Source of the DNA: Bugula neritina
Taxonomy: Eukaryota > Animalia > Bryozoa
NCBI GenBank assembly: GCA_964035545.1
Contig: OZ037765.1
Coordinates: 27,217,504 to 27,281,503 of the forward strand
Reading direction: 5' to 3'
DNA length: 64,000 nt
Below, piece by piece: positions 27,101 through 39,900 of the stretch; the stretch's first letter is position 1, and the number at the start of each line of letters is the position of its first letter. Both the position numbers and the translations under genes were made by a program. The notes under the pieces are model-generated. The model was given only the letters and a program-made list of their open reading frames with translations. It had not been told where the DNA came from and made no database searches.

Positions 27101-29529
27101 ACTAAGGGATTTGCACACAAAACACATGATTTGTTTGCATAACTTACTTCAACCTGCGGACTTACTAGTTATGTGACCACTAAAACAGTGTGAAAGGCAA
27201 ATCCCGCCAGTGAGGCATCCTTCATCCTCATACGGCAGACATATTTGATAGTCGGGACAAGCGAGTTCATTAGCTGAACAGGGCATCTGGTTGTGTACTA
27301 CCATGTGTGCTGCAAAATACATAATCAAACACTGGCTGGGGGCAACACTTAACGTAATGAATTAGTGGTGTTATTATAGTATAATAATACACAAATTAGA
27401 TTTCTCCAACTTACTAAATAATAAAAAGTTAGTATTGAGAGAGAATGTACAACTCTGAGAAGCCAAATGCTACAGGAAGCTAGTAATGTATTAGCAACTA
27501 TAATTATATAGAAAGAGCATTCAACAGTAGACATAGCATAACTTGGTTTCACCAGATTTCGTGTAAATATCTAGAAATTTTATCTCCAAATGTAAACTCA
27601 ACTTTCAATCAAGTAAACAATATTATAAGAATGAGTCAGGGACTATCACATGCTATATAACTGTGAAGTATTGATGATTTCTGGCATGAATGAATGCACT
27701 GGTCAATAGTTCTCAACAAAGCAATCAAGAAAAGTAAATAGTTTGATTTTGTTGCCTTTGGCTGAGGGCCTTTGTATACCAAGCCTCTTGAAGGAAATAA
27801 TTAATTCTATAATGCTAGAGGACAATAATATTTTAGTCATACTCAACTTAGCAGTATTTGGCAGCCATTCTTAACTGATGCAAATTACTGTAAAGGTGTA
27901 AGGTGCGTTGCATAACCAAATTTACACTCTACACAATATATGCATTATATTACTTAACTATGTGCAGTTATATAAGATCTTGCTAGAGCACTCAATGCTA
28001 GATTCAGAAAAAGGGTTTACAATTCTTTAATACTCTGAATTATGATTAGTAATGAACAAACAGCCTTGGATAAATAAAGTACTAAAGTTTACACAGTCTA
28101 GCTGCTAAGTCTATGTATATTGTAGCATTTATTCTAAACTTTCAATGACACCTGATGGCAGCCCTTTACTAGTGATGTCAGCAAAACAGACAGTATAAGC
28201 CATACTGTCAAAATAACTACTACCTGTAGTGATGACAAGTTCAAAGGTATGACATTACCCAAAGTCAACAACTTTGAAAGCACCAAAACCACTGCTGTAA
28301 ATTGTTTATTAGAAAGAGAATTAGTACAAATTATTAAGCTATAGTCAAAGGAGTAATGTCTGCCTACCAACAGCAGCAGCAGCAGAAAAGCCATGAGGGG
28401 AAAAGAAAGAGTAGTAGTAGTAGTAGTAGTGATAGCAGTAGCGATGGTAGTAGCAGTAGTAATGCCAATGAATGATAGCAGTAGTGGTAGCAGCAGCAGT
28501 GGTAGTAGCAGCAGTAGTGGTAGCAGTAGCAGTAGATAGAAGTGGCAGGTGCAATGTCTGTAGTAATGGCAAAAGTAGTAGTAATGGTAGTAATAGCAGC
28601 AGCAGCAGTAGTAGCCATAGTAGTAACAGTAACATATAATAACAAAATACTGCTTGTGATTAAAGTAAAAAGTGATCACTGTAGCAGCAAATCTCAAGAA
28701 AGTAAAATATGCGTGTACAGCTTGCATAAAAAAATTGAATTTTAAAGTGTGTAGGTAACTCTGAATCAACAGCAATGCTTGGAATAGAATAAAAATCTTG
28801 TAGGTGAAAGTTAAAACAATTTTTTTTTACTGACATTTAAAAAGCATCACCAACTACTCATGAATGGGAGGGTTAAATTTTAGCCTAATTTTAAAAATTA
28901 TTTCAAATTATAAATGCACTCAAACTTATATTAGGTATGCAAACATGAATTCATGAACCTAAAATTGTTTTTGCAAATATGCTTTTTGTTAACTAATTTT
29001 TAAGAGAGTTTTGAAACAACTGGTGAAATAGACAAAATACTAAATCTTATATTTTATTAACTTTCTTCACTAATAAAATAATTAAACCTACATCCAAAAT
29101 AAATGTATGTATTTACAAAAATTTACAAATTTAATATTAACAACAAAGCTAAATGATTTGCAATAGCATCAACTATTTATGCCACCAATGTTTGGTGTCA
29201 CTCTGACTACCAACTTTAATGCCAATACTAATGATAATGCTTGTTGTTACTTTATCATTTATGAGTAACTACTAGTCACCATGGTATAACTAGTTACTTC
29301 AGACCGTGTTAAAACATTAAACTAGAGATAAAACAAAATTATAATATTGGTATGATTGTGGATGAATAAAAGAAAAATGGAACTGTTTATTTAAAAACAA
29401 CGAATATTTACCTATCTGATTAGGTACAATCTTATGAGCCGGTAGGGTGTCTGCATAGGTGCAAAGCTGCTGGTTGTATGTTATCCATGTGCAAATGGCA
29501 AGCAATATAGCAGTAAGATTTCGGGGCAT
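193..29529 (-). CDS. LRP1: LDL receptor-related protein 1-like (5' part, ~2,585 aa in 43 exons; continues beyond the left edge of the window)
   Basis: Exons 5'->3', all GT-AG with consistent phases: 29529-29412 (signal peptide [15 protein letters not shown]), 27309-27166, 26758-26630, 25013-24873, 23712-23558, 22130-22040, 21471-21306, 21083-20864, 20717-20519, 19964-19857, 19636-19358, 19191-18993, 18504-18357, 18130-17967, 17708-17542, 16726-16601, 16281-16111, 15846-15664, 15108-14927, 14431-14227, 13958-13707, 13592-13389, 12967-12748, 12543-12370, 12067-11920, 11695-11467, 10767-10516, 7956-7779, 7560-7433, 6409-6110, 5987-5859, 5640-5479, 5393-5259, 5011-4873, 4620-4354, 3847-3738, 3524-3396, 2918-2679, 2407-2209, 1868-1664, 1525-1339, 916-650, 399-193. 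Domain order: LDLa, EGF x2, propeller, EGF, propeller, EGF, LDLa x7, EGF x2, (propeller-EGF) x4, next LDLa cluster. LRP1-typical segments: [85 protein letters not shown]. Confidence 0.9.
8315..8879. mobile_element. MITE-like non-autonomous DNA transposon (~565 bp) in an LRP1 intron
   Basis: Terminal inverted repeats GGGTCCAGCTCAGACAGCTAA (from 8315) and TTAGCTGTCTGAGCTGACCC (to 8879), with further inverted blocks AATGTTG/CAACATT and GCCTACGAAGCA/TGCTTGATGTAGGC. Flanked by TA on both sides (8313-8314, 8880-8881). No transposase ORF. Confidence 0.7.
17441..17495. repeat. Degenerate (CA)n microsatellite
   Basis: cgcacacacgcacgcaatcatacacacacacacacatgcacacg in an LRP1 intron. Confidence 0.6.
21556..21893. 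mobile_element. MITE-like element (PIF/Harbinger-style termini) in an LRP1 intron
   Basis: Left end TAAGACCTGGCCACACACTCGTGA is inverted against ACGAGTGTGTGGCTGGTC (21817-21834) and, more loosely, against TCACGACCGTGAGGCCAAGCCTTTA (~21869-21893). TAA/TTA trinucleotides at the ends; non-coding. The superfamily assignment is inference. Confidence 0.55.
28368..28635. repeat. Compound trinucleotide microsatellite (GTA/GCA/GTG)n
   Basis: Runs of gtagtagtag, cagcagcagc and gtagcagcagtagtg in LRP1 intron 1. Explains the poly-L/T/Y/C ORFs in the ORF track. Confidence 0.85.
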
Positions 29530-30299
29530 ATTCAGATATGTTTTGAGAACAGATGTAGCAACAGAGTATATCCAAACTTGGACAGCCCTTCTATTCTATA
29601 TCTAGTGTTGCTCATTCAAAGGCGAAGTCTAAAACACAGTCAGGGGCAAATGACTTGACAAATTATTGGACTAAAATGTCAACACTGATAATAACAATGA
29701 GGTTAAATCAAAACTAAAATTCGCTTTTAAATCTGTTTCCCATTGGATTGCTGCAACTACAAAGACAAAGCCTAATGTCAACGATAAAAATTTAATTTTG
29801 AATTGAAAGTTCTGCTTGAATTTCTTTTAGTTGAAGCTTTATTTTATTCTTGGCAACAACTGTATTTAAATTTTAGTAAATTGGTTATCTTTACACCTAT
29901 GCTAATTTAATTGATAAAATTGAAAAGCTGACTGGATCATAATAACTGGTGTCATCCCAGTTAGACCTATTTATTTATTTTGGTACACTATATATTTTAT
30001 GTGCAATCTATTTGAATATCATTGAAATATATGTATATTTAAATAAACTAAGATCAATTGTTTGTTATCTAATACCTAAATAAATTTCTGTGATCTGCAT
30101 TAACTTATTAATTTTGCATATTCTATACTTCTTGTTGTTTGTAAAAAATATTTCGTTAATAAGTATACATTAAAAATAATGTCTATTATTAATATAGTAT
30201 TGTTTTTTGCCTCGCACAATTCCAGTTAAAAGTGGGCTATTATTCCAGATACTTTCTATTAGCTATTATAGCTATTAGCATATTAGCTATTTAGCAATC

Positions 30300-33200
30300 A
30301 ATACGACAGTTATCATTATGTACGTTATTATGGTACCAAAATAAAAATTAGCTTCTAACTGGGAAGCGTCTCGGATGAAACCCAATTACTATTACTACTA
30401 GTAATACATTTACTTAGAGATCTGTTAGTATTAGCATCGTGATTATGATTATTTGGAGTTCGTTTGATTATATCATTACCATCATTATCATTATGCTCAT
30501 ACTCATACTGAAAGTACTTACTCTTAGTATACATAATCATGATGGTGGTAATGATGGTCATACTCATTGTGATTGTCATAGTAAGTTACTTATCTAATTT
30601 TATAATTATTCATATTGAATTATAATAGAATTAAATTAATAATAATTATATTATTATCAACAATAATAAACCAATAATATTTAATTTCATTCTATTTCTT
30701 ATATAATTATTATTATAATTATCACAATATTTATTTTTCTTTCATATTGATATTATAATTAATATGATTACCATTTAAAATTGATGGTATTAAATATTAA
30801 TATTATAAAAATAAATCATTAAATTTAAAATTAATTCTATGTCTCAACTATAACTTAAACTATAGGTATAAGACAGAAGTATTGGTATAACTATAAGATA
30901 ATAAAACTACGACTACAACTATAAGTATAAAATTATGATCAACTATAAGACAAAGTCAGCTGTCGGTCTGAGTCTCTAGCTCTAGAAAGTAGAACTAGAA
31001 CTTCAAGTTCAACTAGGCCTCAACCTGTCTTGTCATTTCTTCTGAAAGTTGCAGCATTATTTTGTTTCTAAGCAATAAACTATATAGTTAAAATTGAAGT
31101 AAATATCTTAGAGCAAGTTATCCATAACTATAAGTATACGATATACTGCTTTGCTTTCAGCTTTGGCTAGGAGTATGAGTGCGACCACCATGGGCTTGTT
31201 TTTGTACTTGTAGCCAGAATGAAAGTGCGAGCGTCTGATTCTCATGGCCAGTAAACTGCAGGTATAGCTCAAACCTTATTAACAAATTTGTGAGGTGTCT
31301 TTGCTTACGTCTCCCACTTTACAAGTTTAACAAAACATTAGGCTACAATGTTGCAATTTAATAAAGTTATTCTTATTGGATAGCAGTTATAAAAATAGCC
31401 AGTAAAATATTATTTCGATTACAATTTATAAAGTTTAAATTAATTCGCTGTTACAATTATTGCAAAGATAACTTCAAGTTAGCTTGCTCAGCTCAATGGG
31501 TTAAAGTTCACTTTAGCTCAACTGGTACTTCAAACAGCAATAATAATATAACACCATATATTATGTGGTGTTATGTGGTATACATAATACAATTGGTATG
31601 CAATATACTGAAATATAATGCGTAGTGTATTATAATATAATAAATATAATATAATAAATATTATTTCTGTGCTGCCGGTGGCAAACCCATTGCAAGGTAA
31701 TGTAGAGTGATAAATCCAACCCCTCTAATTCTTTAGATTATCCTTCCATCAATATTATATGCTACAGTGGTAGAACAATGGATGTACTGGTAAAGTATAA
31801 ATTCATATTTTAGTGGCATACTGTGCGTGGTATGCCATAGTATAATGTTATATAGAAATGCATCTTGTTCCAAAGCTAAACAAGTTATTCATGTAACTAG
31901 GAGCAGAATATCTTTTAAAATGTGCAGTGAGTAAATGAATCTAGAAATTGGCAGTAAAAATTACAAAGAAAAGAAATTAAAATAAAAAGATTATGTAAAC
32001 TAAACTAGAAAATTTATAATATAGCAAATAGCAAATCAAATACTTGTTGTCTAGTTTGCACTAAAATAATAAATGAATATGTGTGATAAAATTATAAATT
32101 ATGCACTGTAAATATTTCAGTGATTGCAAATGCTTTATATTTATGTGTTCGTAGAATTTGTAGTCTACATTATATTGAAAAAATTCTGACAGTGCGGATA
32201 CATATTCCATTATTCAACTAGCGTACCTAACTTCACCTGACCTTTATTATGGAGTTTTCTATACATGTGCGCACCATACGAGCACATATGCATTTATTAT
32301 CTTCGGATTTGGTATGACGCATTCATATAGCGTATTATCGAGGAGGCTTCTTTGTACTCCTATGGTAAGATAAAAGAGCGTCAGTTGACTGCGGTTCGTT
32401 AAACTACTATGATGTGTGGGGAGGAATGAGTCAGAGCGTCTCTAAGTCTAATAAACTATAACTACAAAGCTAGTCAGACTAAACTCATCGGTCTGGGTCC
32501 AACTGTAATTATCTATTTGCTAGTAGTAGTAACCAAGCTCGGTCAATACAATTAATATTAAATAATAATTTATCACCTCGAATTTTAGTTTATATTAATA
32601 TTAATATTTCATTTTCAGAATTGAAAATAAATTAATTTTAGCATCATTAATTTATTATTTAGTGATTAAATTTAATGAATATGAGTATGACATCATCATT
32701 ATGATTATGTCTTTAGTTTCATAGTTTTTTATTTTAATATTGCATTTAGTTACTTCTAGTAACAATTGCCATTGGTATTGTTTTTAATTTTATTTTTCTA
32801 TATCTTAATTAATATTAATACATATTAAATAATTAATAATATTATTATTATACTGTGACTGTAAGTCAGTTACACTTACTGTTAGTAAGACTAAGTGTAA
32901 GTGTACTTAATAGATTATTATTAAAATATTCATTATAAGTCTAGTAATTTACTTTTAGTTTTAGTTTATTAAATTTGATGATAGCTTAAAGTTAAAGTTA
33001 GACTTAGTCTAACTGAGTAAGAATTCAGAAACAAAAAGTGTGGAATTATATTAATTTACCATTCTGAATTCATTAGGAGTAGGACTATCACAGTCAATTT
33101 CATCATTCATGATTCACCATCAGTATGAGTATCATTATTACTATTAGTATTACTATTAGTATTAGTATAAGTAATTTATCAGTATCATACTGGTACTGAA

Positions 33201-33950
33201 GCTAATGCTGATATTCATAATAATAATATTAATGTCACTATAAGTATAAGTATTAGGATAACTATAAGACTAAATATAAATATAACTAACACTAAGTATT
33301 AGTATAATTATAATATTTATATTTATATTTTTACTAACCAGCAGTGAGTGTAACACTTACATTTATTGTTAAACTTAATCATAATGTTACACTATTTATG
33401 AGTATGACTTGTCTATTCATTTTAAGTATTATAAGTGCTATTAATATAGTGACAGTAACTGTAAGTATATGCACTTAGTCTTACTCTTGCTTTTAGTCAT
33501 ACAGTATAAGTATGAGTATAAATATTAGTATTTTTATTAGTATCAGTATAAGTATTAGTAAATATTCATGTTAGCATGAAATAATTAAAAAATGTAGGTT
33601 ATACTTATGAAGCATAGCAGCATGAGCAAGTATAACACTAACAGTAACTGTTTTTATAAGTTGAATGTAGCTATAAGTATGAATAATTAATTCAATATTA
33701 TTATTAATATATTAAATTTTAATATCATTAATCAGTTTCATTATACTAATATTTTTAGTATTACTATTAAATTTATTTATACATATACTCATATATTAGT
33801 CTTTAATAACTTAATTTAATTAAGATGTATGTCTTATTATGTTTACTTTTGTTTCACATAGATTTCATACTCATGTTACACTTATTTTTGATAGTTATGA
33901 TAATCATGGTGATAGTGACAGTAATTTTATACTAACTTGAACTACTTGAG
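30300..33950. repeat. Very AT-rich low-complexity domain with 3/6-nt periodicity
   Basis: Recurrent ACTATA/AGTATA/AGTATT/ATCATT hexamers (e.g. 30847-30950, 33120-33310, 33500-33560), interrupted by normal-complexity islands. Intergenic between the divergent LRP1 and Kelch genes. Confidence 0.55.
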
Positions 33951-35455
33951 TATTTAAACTTTAAGTTTTGATTTTAGTTGTAAGTTTTTCAATTGACGAC
34001 TTTAGTAAGTTTAATAGTTCCCGTTAGTAAACTATGACTCTCATTGTAGTCTTCCCATGGATAGATTAGCACCAGTGTTTAACCTTTTAATTAATCTGAC
34101 TCCAACATCAACACTATTTTGCTATTTGTTTGTCATCAGTAAATCCTTGACTTTTTATTGCTATAAAAATTACACTTGAACTGCTACTAGTAGTAGTATT
34201 AGTATAAACATTTATTGAGCTGTAAGCAGTGGTAGAATTGGAAACATAGATGTCATAGATTGGCAGAGTGAAAGAACAAGCCCATATCTTATCCTTCCCT
34301 GCTTACTTAGAAAAGCTAGGATTGGAAATAATAAATGTGTTAAAAAGGCATCTTATTACATTTATGTTCAATATGTTGCATCTTACGTTTGCTATAACTG
34401 GTTTTAAACAGTTTTTTTTATGACTGAAAAGCTGTTTTTAAAGCCAAATGTAAAATTCAAATCCATCCTAAAAGAACTTTCAAGGAGTAGCTACAGTAGA
34501 GATGTCAAAAATACAAAAAAAACAAAGCTTCAGACAATTAGTTGAACGTATAGTTCTGAATTCTATAAATGTGCAAGTTTCAATATGGCCTACTTTGTCT
34601 TATTAAAAAAAAATTTTGTCTATTACATAAATATAAACAACAAACCAACTCTATTTTTCAAGTTTTTCACTGTATATTATATGTGCCAGGTTCATAACTA
34701 TCCTATTCCTTTTTTTAACTAGCATATTTAACGTCTAATTATGTCGAGATCAACAGCTAAAATGGTTTTCCTTTTAATGATGAATATTTTGGTTTATATA
34801 AGCTATTGCTTTAAATTTAAACCAACCAGCAATGATTTTACATGGAAATGATTCAATGCCTGTAGACTTTTAGTTACGAACTTCAGTATCAAAATGGCTT
34901 TAGCATACTTGTATCTGTCAGAATTCATCTTTAACATGTTTGATTAGCTTAATATAAAAACTAGATAGTGCACCTGTTAGTATACTTGCCATAGACCCAG
35001 TTCACTCTAGTCGAGATTTTTCGCTAATATAAAATAATTAGCAATTTGGACTCACAGTTGTCTTGATGATACTAAGTAATAATTGTACCAATAATGATTC
35101 TTGCATCATTGCAGTTGAATGGTGTCATTCTAATGCCTTAAGAATGGTTGATTTGTAGAGTGGTGTGGCATTACCTTACCGTAAAAGCTGCGTCTTCATT
35201 CACGTAGCATATGCTTGAAGCTGCAGATATTTGGTATTCATTACCACATGGGCAAACCTTAGCGTGTAAGTAATGATAGCAAATTATAAGTGTAGCATAG
35301 CTCTGTAATAGTTGTAGCATTAAAATTATGCAAATGTGTATATTATTTTAGCGAAACTAACTTTATTTTGTTGGCAATACTGTGTATAGTGTTATCACAA
35401 TATTGATGAGTGCTGTGGATTGGTTGCTGTTCGATTGGGTTTGAAGAGTTACGTT

Positions 35456-35567
35456 AAATAAATCTATATACCAAATAAATCTATATACCAAATAAATATA
35501 TATACCAAATAAATAGACATACCAAATAGATAGACATACTAAATAGATAGACATACTAAATAGATAT
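35456..35567. repeat. 17-bp tandem repeat, ~6.5 copies
   Basis: Unit AAATAAATCTATATACC changing stepwise to AAATAGATAGACATACT. Confidence 0.85.
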
Positions 35568-36964
35568 ATGTAGTGCATATAATCTAACAGAATAGTTCTT
35601 TTGAATACATTCGGCCAACACTGCTGAAGTATATTCTGCACAGAATATAGGTGTCTTGACTTAAGAAATTTTATTATGTTTCACAAGAAAGTGCGATGGG
35701 TACTCAGATGTCCAGATGCTGCAATCAGTGAATTAATTAGTATTTGACATTTTGTAATTTTTCCATACAATATAAAAAGTTTCTTGTCTTGATTGTTAGA
35801 GTTTAAATCTTATACAATAAGTTTTAGAATTTATGAACTTATAGTTATTCTTGGCACTTGTATATTGATTTCAACTCACATAGCTCCGCAATAAGTGATT
35901 AGATGTTGATACCTTGTCCAACCACTGCTGCTATTCGGTAAGCAGATGTCCAGTAGCTTTTCCTTAACCTTTAGTTTGGTATTTGGGTTAAAAGCTAAAT
36001 GCTCTATAAAACAGGCAAGCATCTTTTTTGCTTCAAATAATGCTGGTTCAAATTGTCATATGAAAAGACTAGGTTTGTGATTTTTGGGATCTCCTTTTTA
36101 TTTTTTATAAGTATATTTGAAAACTCTGTAAAGGTTGAGACATGATATGCATTTGAAAAAATTTAAAAATCTTGTGTCCAACAGAAAATTCTCTGCAAAA
36201 AGCTCATAAAATTTCAACTTTCATCCCAAACCAAGTTCATTGTAAAAGTCAGTTTGTTTGTCTGCAAATGACGTAGCTTGTCTCGACTCTTAGTCATTAG
36301 AATACAAACTTCCAGTCTGCTGTAGAGTCTAAACTCTAAAGTGTCAAATCAGGCCTGACTGAGTGTGCCAATAGCGTGTGCGATAGCATCAAGGAATCCT
36401 CCATTGGCTCAGCCATTTCTTGAAACTTGAAATGTTGATGCATGTAAAATATTGTATTAGACTTTAGAGTCATAGTTCTGGGCGTTAGTTGCCAAGTTTC
36501 CTTTAGTTAGCTAGGGATATTGTTGCTGTAATTTTAATATTGGATTTTAAATCTATACTTTGGTTACTGGTATCCCGTTACCACAAGGGCTAAAAAGAAT
36601 ACAGTGAGGGGGAGAAACCTTGGTTGCTAACAAAAATTGAAAGCTCAACGATAAATATGTTATGATATTTACATGAGACACTGTTTTTATTCATGAAAGG
36701 TCAAAGGGGAAACTGGTTGGAACCCAAACATATGTGGAAATATTAATTAAATACTGATAAAGTCATTCCATCAAGTTTTTCTTTATAATACTGACCATGA
36801 GATATATTTTGGAAAGATTTATATTTTAATTCTATAGTGTGCTTAGCATGAGAATAGGGTCACAAATATGTATAGTCAGTAGTTCAGGCATTAGCTCAGT
36901 TCTTGTGTACCAGTTTTGTACCTGCTGTGAGGGTTAAACCTAGCATCTGGTATTTTTTAGAGCT

Positions 36965-39900
36965 ATGAATGGCCATTGTACCCCATCAAGTCAGAAAGTG
37001 CTGATTAACAAGGATCTCTCTTTCCAAATACTAACTCAGCTCAACGAGTGCAGACTTAGACAGCAGTTCACTGATGTTATACTCACAGTTGATCAGGAAG
37101 AGCTTCACTGTCACAGGTAGAGAACTTCTTTATGGTGATGGTGGTATTGATTGCCTTCAGGGGAGTTTTGTTTATTTGGAAAACTGTTTTAGCTGAAAAA
37201 GGGTTGTGTCAATGTCCTCAAGTATATTTAGAAGCAGTAGTGGAGAAATTGAGATAGTCTAAGTTCTTTAAATTTGTTATTAATTTTTGGTCTTCTTATG
37301 CTACATTTCTAATCTAAAACACAGGCTTTTCTCAATTTCTCCATTACTGCACCTACCTCCTCAAGTATTAGTCTTTCAGTGTCTCAGGGTTGTATGATTT
37401 TTAATCTCGTGGGCTCTGCTATTCAAAGGAACAAGTTGTGCTCCTAAACACATATATCCCCCACTAAGCTAATACTGATTGTTTTTATTTATGAAAAATC
37501 ATCCTTGGCCAATTTTAAATTGAGTATGTCACATCTAAGATATTAAAGTTACCAAGTAAGTGTGTCATCAGGATGTAATACTGTGCTCTAGTGAGCCTTC
37601 CACTCATATCCCCTGCCACCTTGGTTATGCTGTAATTAACATTGCTTTAAAGATTAATTGAAACACATTAGTTATAACTTTTATTCAAATTAATTTAATT
37701 ACAGTTACAGTTTTATAGTAGAGTCAATGATATGTGTGAATTTTCTAGAGTGATGATGTCTAGTCAGTGATTTGAGTTATCAAATGATCTAAATTCTAAG
37801 CCAAACTGTGCAAAGAGTAGCAACTAAGTGTTAATAATTACAATATCATTGATTAATAATCCTGGAAATTGTCTAGGAATTTCTCATAATTATTTTCATT
37901 TATGTCACATTTTATTCGCATTTCCATCCACTCATCAACGTGTTGGCGCACTGTGCAGAGGTAAACTATCTGCAAACAATCGGCTGTTTGACGTAGTTTG
38001 ACTGTTACTTGGCACACCGTTATCTTTTTACATCTTTTAGTCTGCTAGATTCGTGCCAGTGCCTTGTATCAAGTTATTTAGTGACAGATTTCGCTAATGA
38101 AATAATTGTACATACATATAAAGTACAGGGCTATAGAGAGTCCTGCAGTTGGCCTGTTGGTGATCTGTTAACCTAGTCTACTCCTGTGTGGGTTCGCTGG
38201 TCATAATGTTTTTGAAAAAACATGTTTTGGCAGCGTTTTGTTGCTAGCAATCTGGCTTATTAAATGTTTGCCATGTTGATTATAATAAGTTTCCTAATTT
38301 TTGTTAGGAAACTGTCAAATATTATAGCAAATAACTAATAATTTCTCCAAGTTACAAATGTTATTTGCTGTGTTATTGATCACCAATAAGTAAGACTGAA
38401 GAAAGCAATCTGAAGATAACACAGTAACTGTAATATATAATAGTAATTATGTATTATCTGTTGATTATAAATACTCTGGGTATAGTTTCTCCTAAAGTTG
38501 AGGACATGCAAGTGTAAATAATGCATTTCGATAGCTTATTAAGTGATATTTTCTGTGGTGCAGGGCTTGCTGCAAGCACATTAATTTGCCATGAAATTTA
38601 TGGCAAAAAGCTTATTAAAAAGGTCAAAGCAATTTTATCAGATTTACTGATCATTTTATTTTTTAACTGAATGCTCAATCCTTATAATAAAATATTTCCT
38701 TTGTTTCTTTTGATAAAGCTTTTGAGCCTATCTGTTCTAACATTTTTTAAACATTTTGTTTTTTTTCTTCTGGAAGATGATAATATACAAGTCAGAAGTA
38801 CTCTACGTAGCAGTCACTCTAACCCCCCCCCCCCCCCCCCCTGTACACGTTGGTCTGTGTAACAAAAAAGGGCTCACTTCCCATATAGAGTGCTTTAAGT
38901 GTCTTCACTAAAACATTGTGTAGTTGGAGACTTAGCAAATGTGCAGGTGTCTCAGATTAGAAGCAGAAAGTCAAGTTCATGGGATTAGTGACTACAGGCT
39001 TATCCCTTACATCCTGTTTGACTGTAAATATTATGAAAGTCTTAAAGTCTACTGTTACTGTATCTTCATCAACAACTGCTATGGAACCGGTATTTTTCTT
39101 TTAAAGTTGGCCTATTTTTCTCATTACCTAGTCAAAGACTGTTGAATCTAGATATCAATGGGGGGAAGCAGGGGTGGATGTTCACATTTCGGCTCCCTTT
39201 TAGTCACTGCATGCAGAAGTGGGAAGATTGCGTGGGCTGTTTCTTCACAGCAAAGACATTTATTTCTTTTTCATCTTAAATGCCAAGTAGGCTACGAAGT
39301 CGGATCTACGCTTCATTAACTATAATAGTAGTATCAAGACAGTGACCACTTGCTAGATGGTGAAGATGATCTCGCTAAAATTGTATCTCATTCAGTTGTT
39401 TATGGGAATCTGGCCATAAAACCTGCAGGCTAAAGTTACCTATACAAAGTTGTGATCATTCTTCACGCAATCTGTAGAACAATACAGTTAGTATCTGCCA
39501 TTTGGAAGATAAAATAATAGCACACAACGTCATGTTGAGTGGTGAATACAGCTTCCTGCTAGCACATTCCTGCTTTTTTGTTAATTTCAATGTTTGCAAT
39601 GCATTTAATAACAATTAACATCATATGGCGATATTGTATTTTGGCATGTAGTCTGAGTTCACTTCCATAGTTCACTGTCTCCTTACTAATAAATTATAGT
39701 TGCTTGACTTGAATAAATAGTTTCATATTGACATCTTTACCTGTGTGAGCCTGTCCTTGCAAGGTAACATTGTGATATGGTGCAGCGTGGAGGGGTGTGT
39801 GGTAACAATGTGATGTAGCATGGAGGGGATGGTGTTTTGGCATTGCCCGTGCAGCATGTGTACACGTTGTTTTTTCAGCTGCTATATTATAATACCAGAT

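Noticed and set aside
28134-28775. ORFs of 213, 96, 93 and 67 aa rich in L/T/Y/C/A
   Set aside because: Translations of the (GTA/GCA)n microsatellite inside LRP1 intron 1; no protein features.
193-29529. LRP2/megalin (7-repeat cluster) or an LRP1 pseudogene
   Set aside because: The 7-repeat cluster is internal and followed by LRP1-specific sequence. All 43 exons join in frame without stops.
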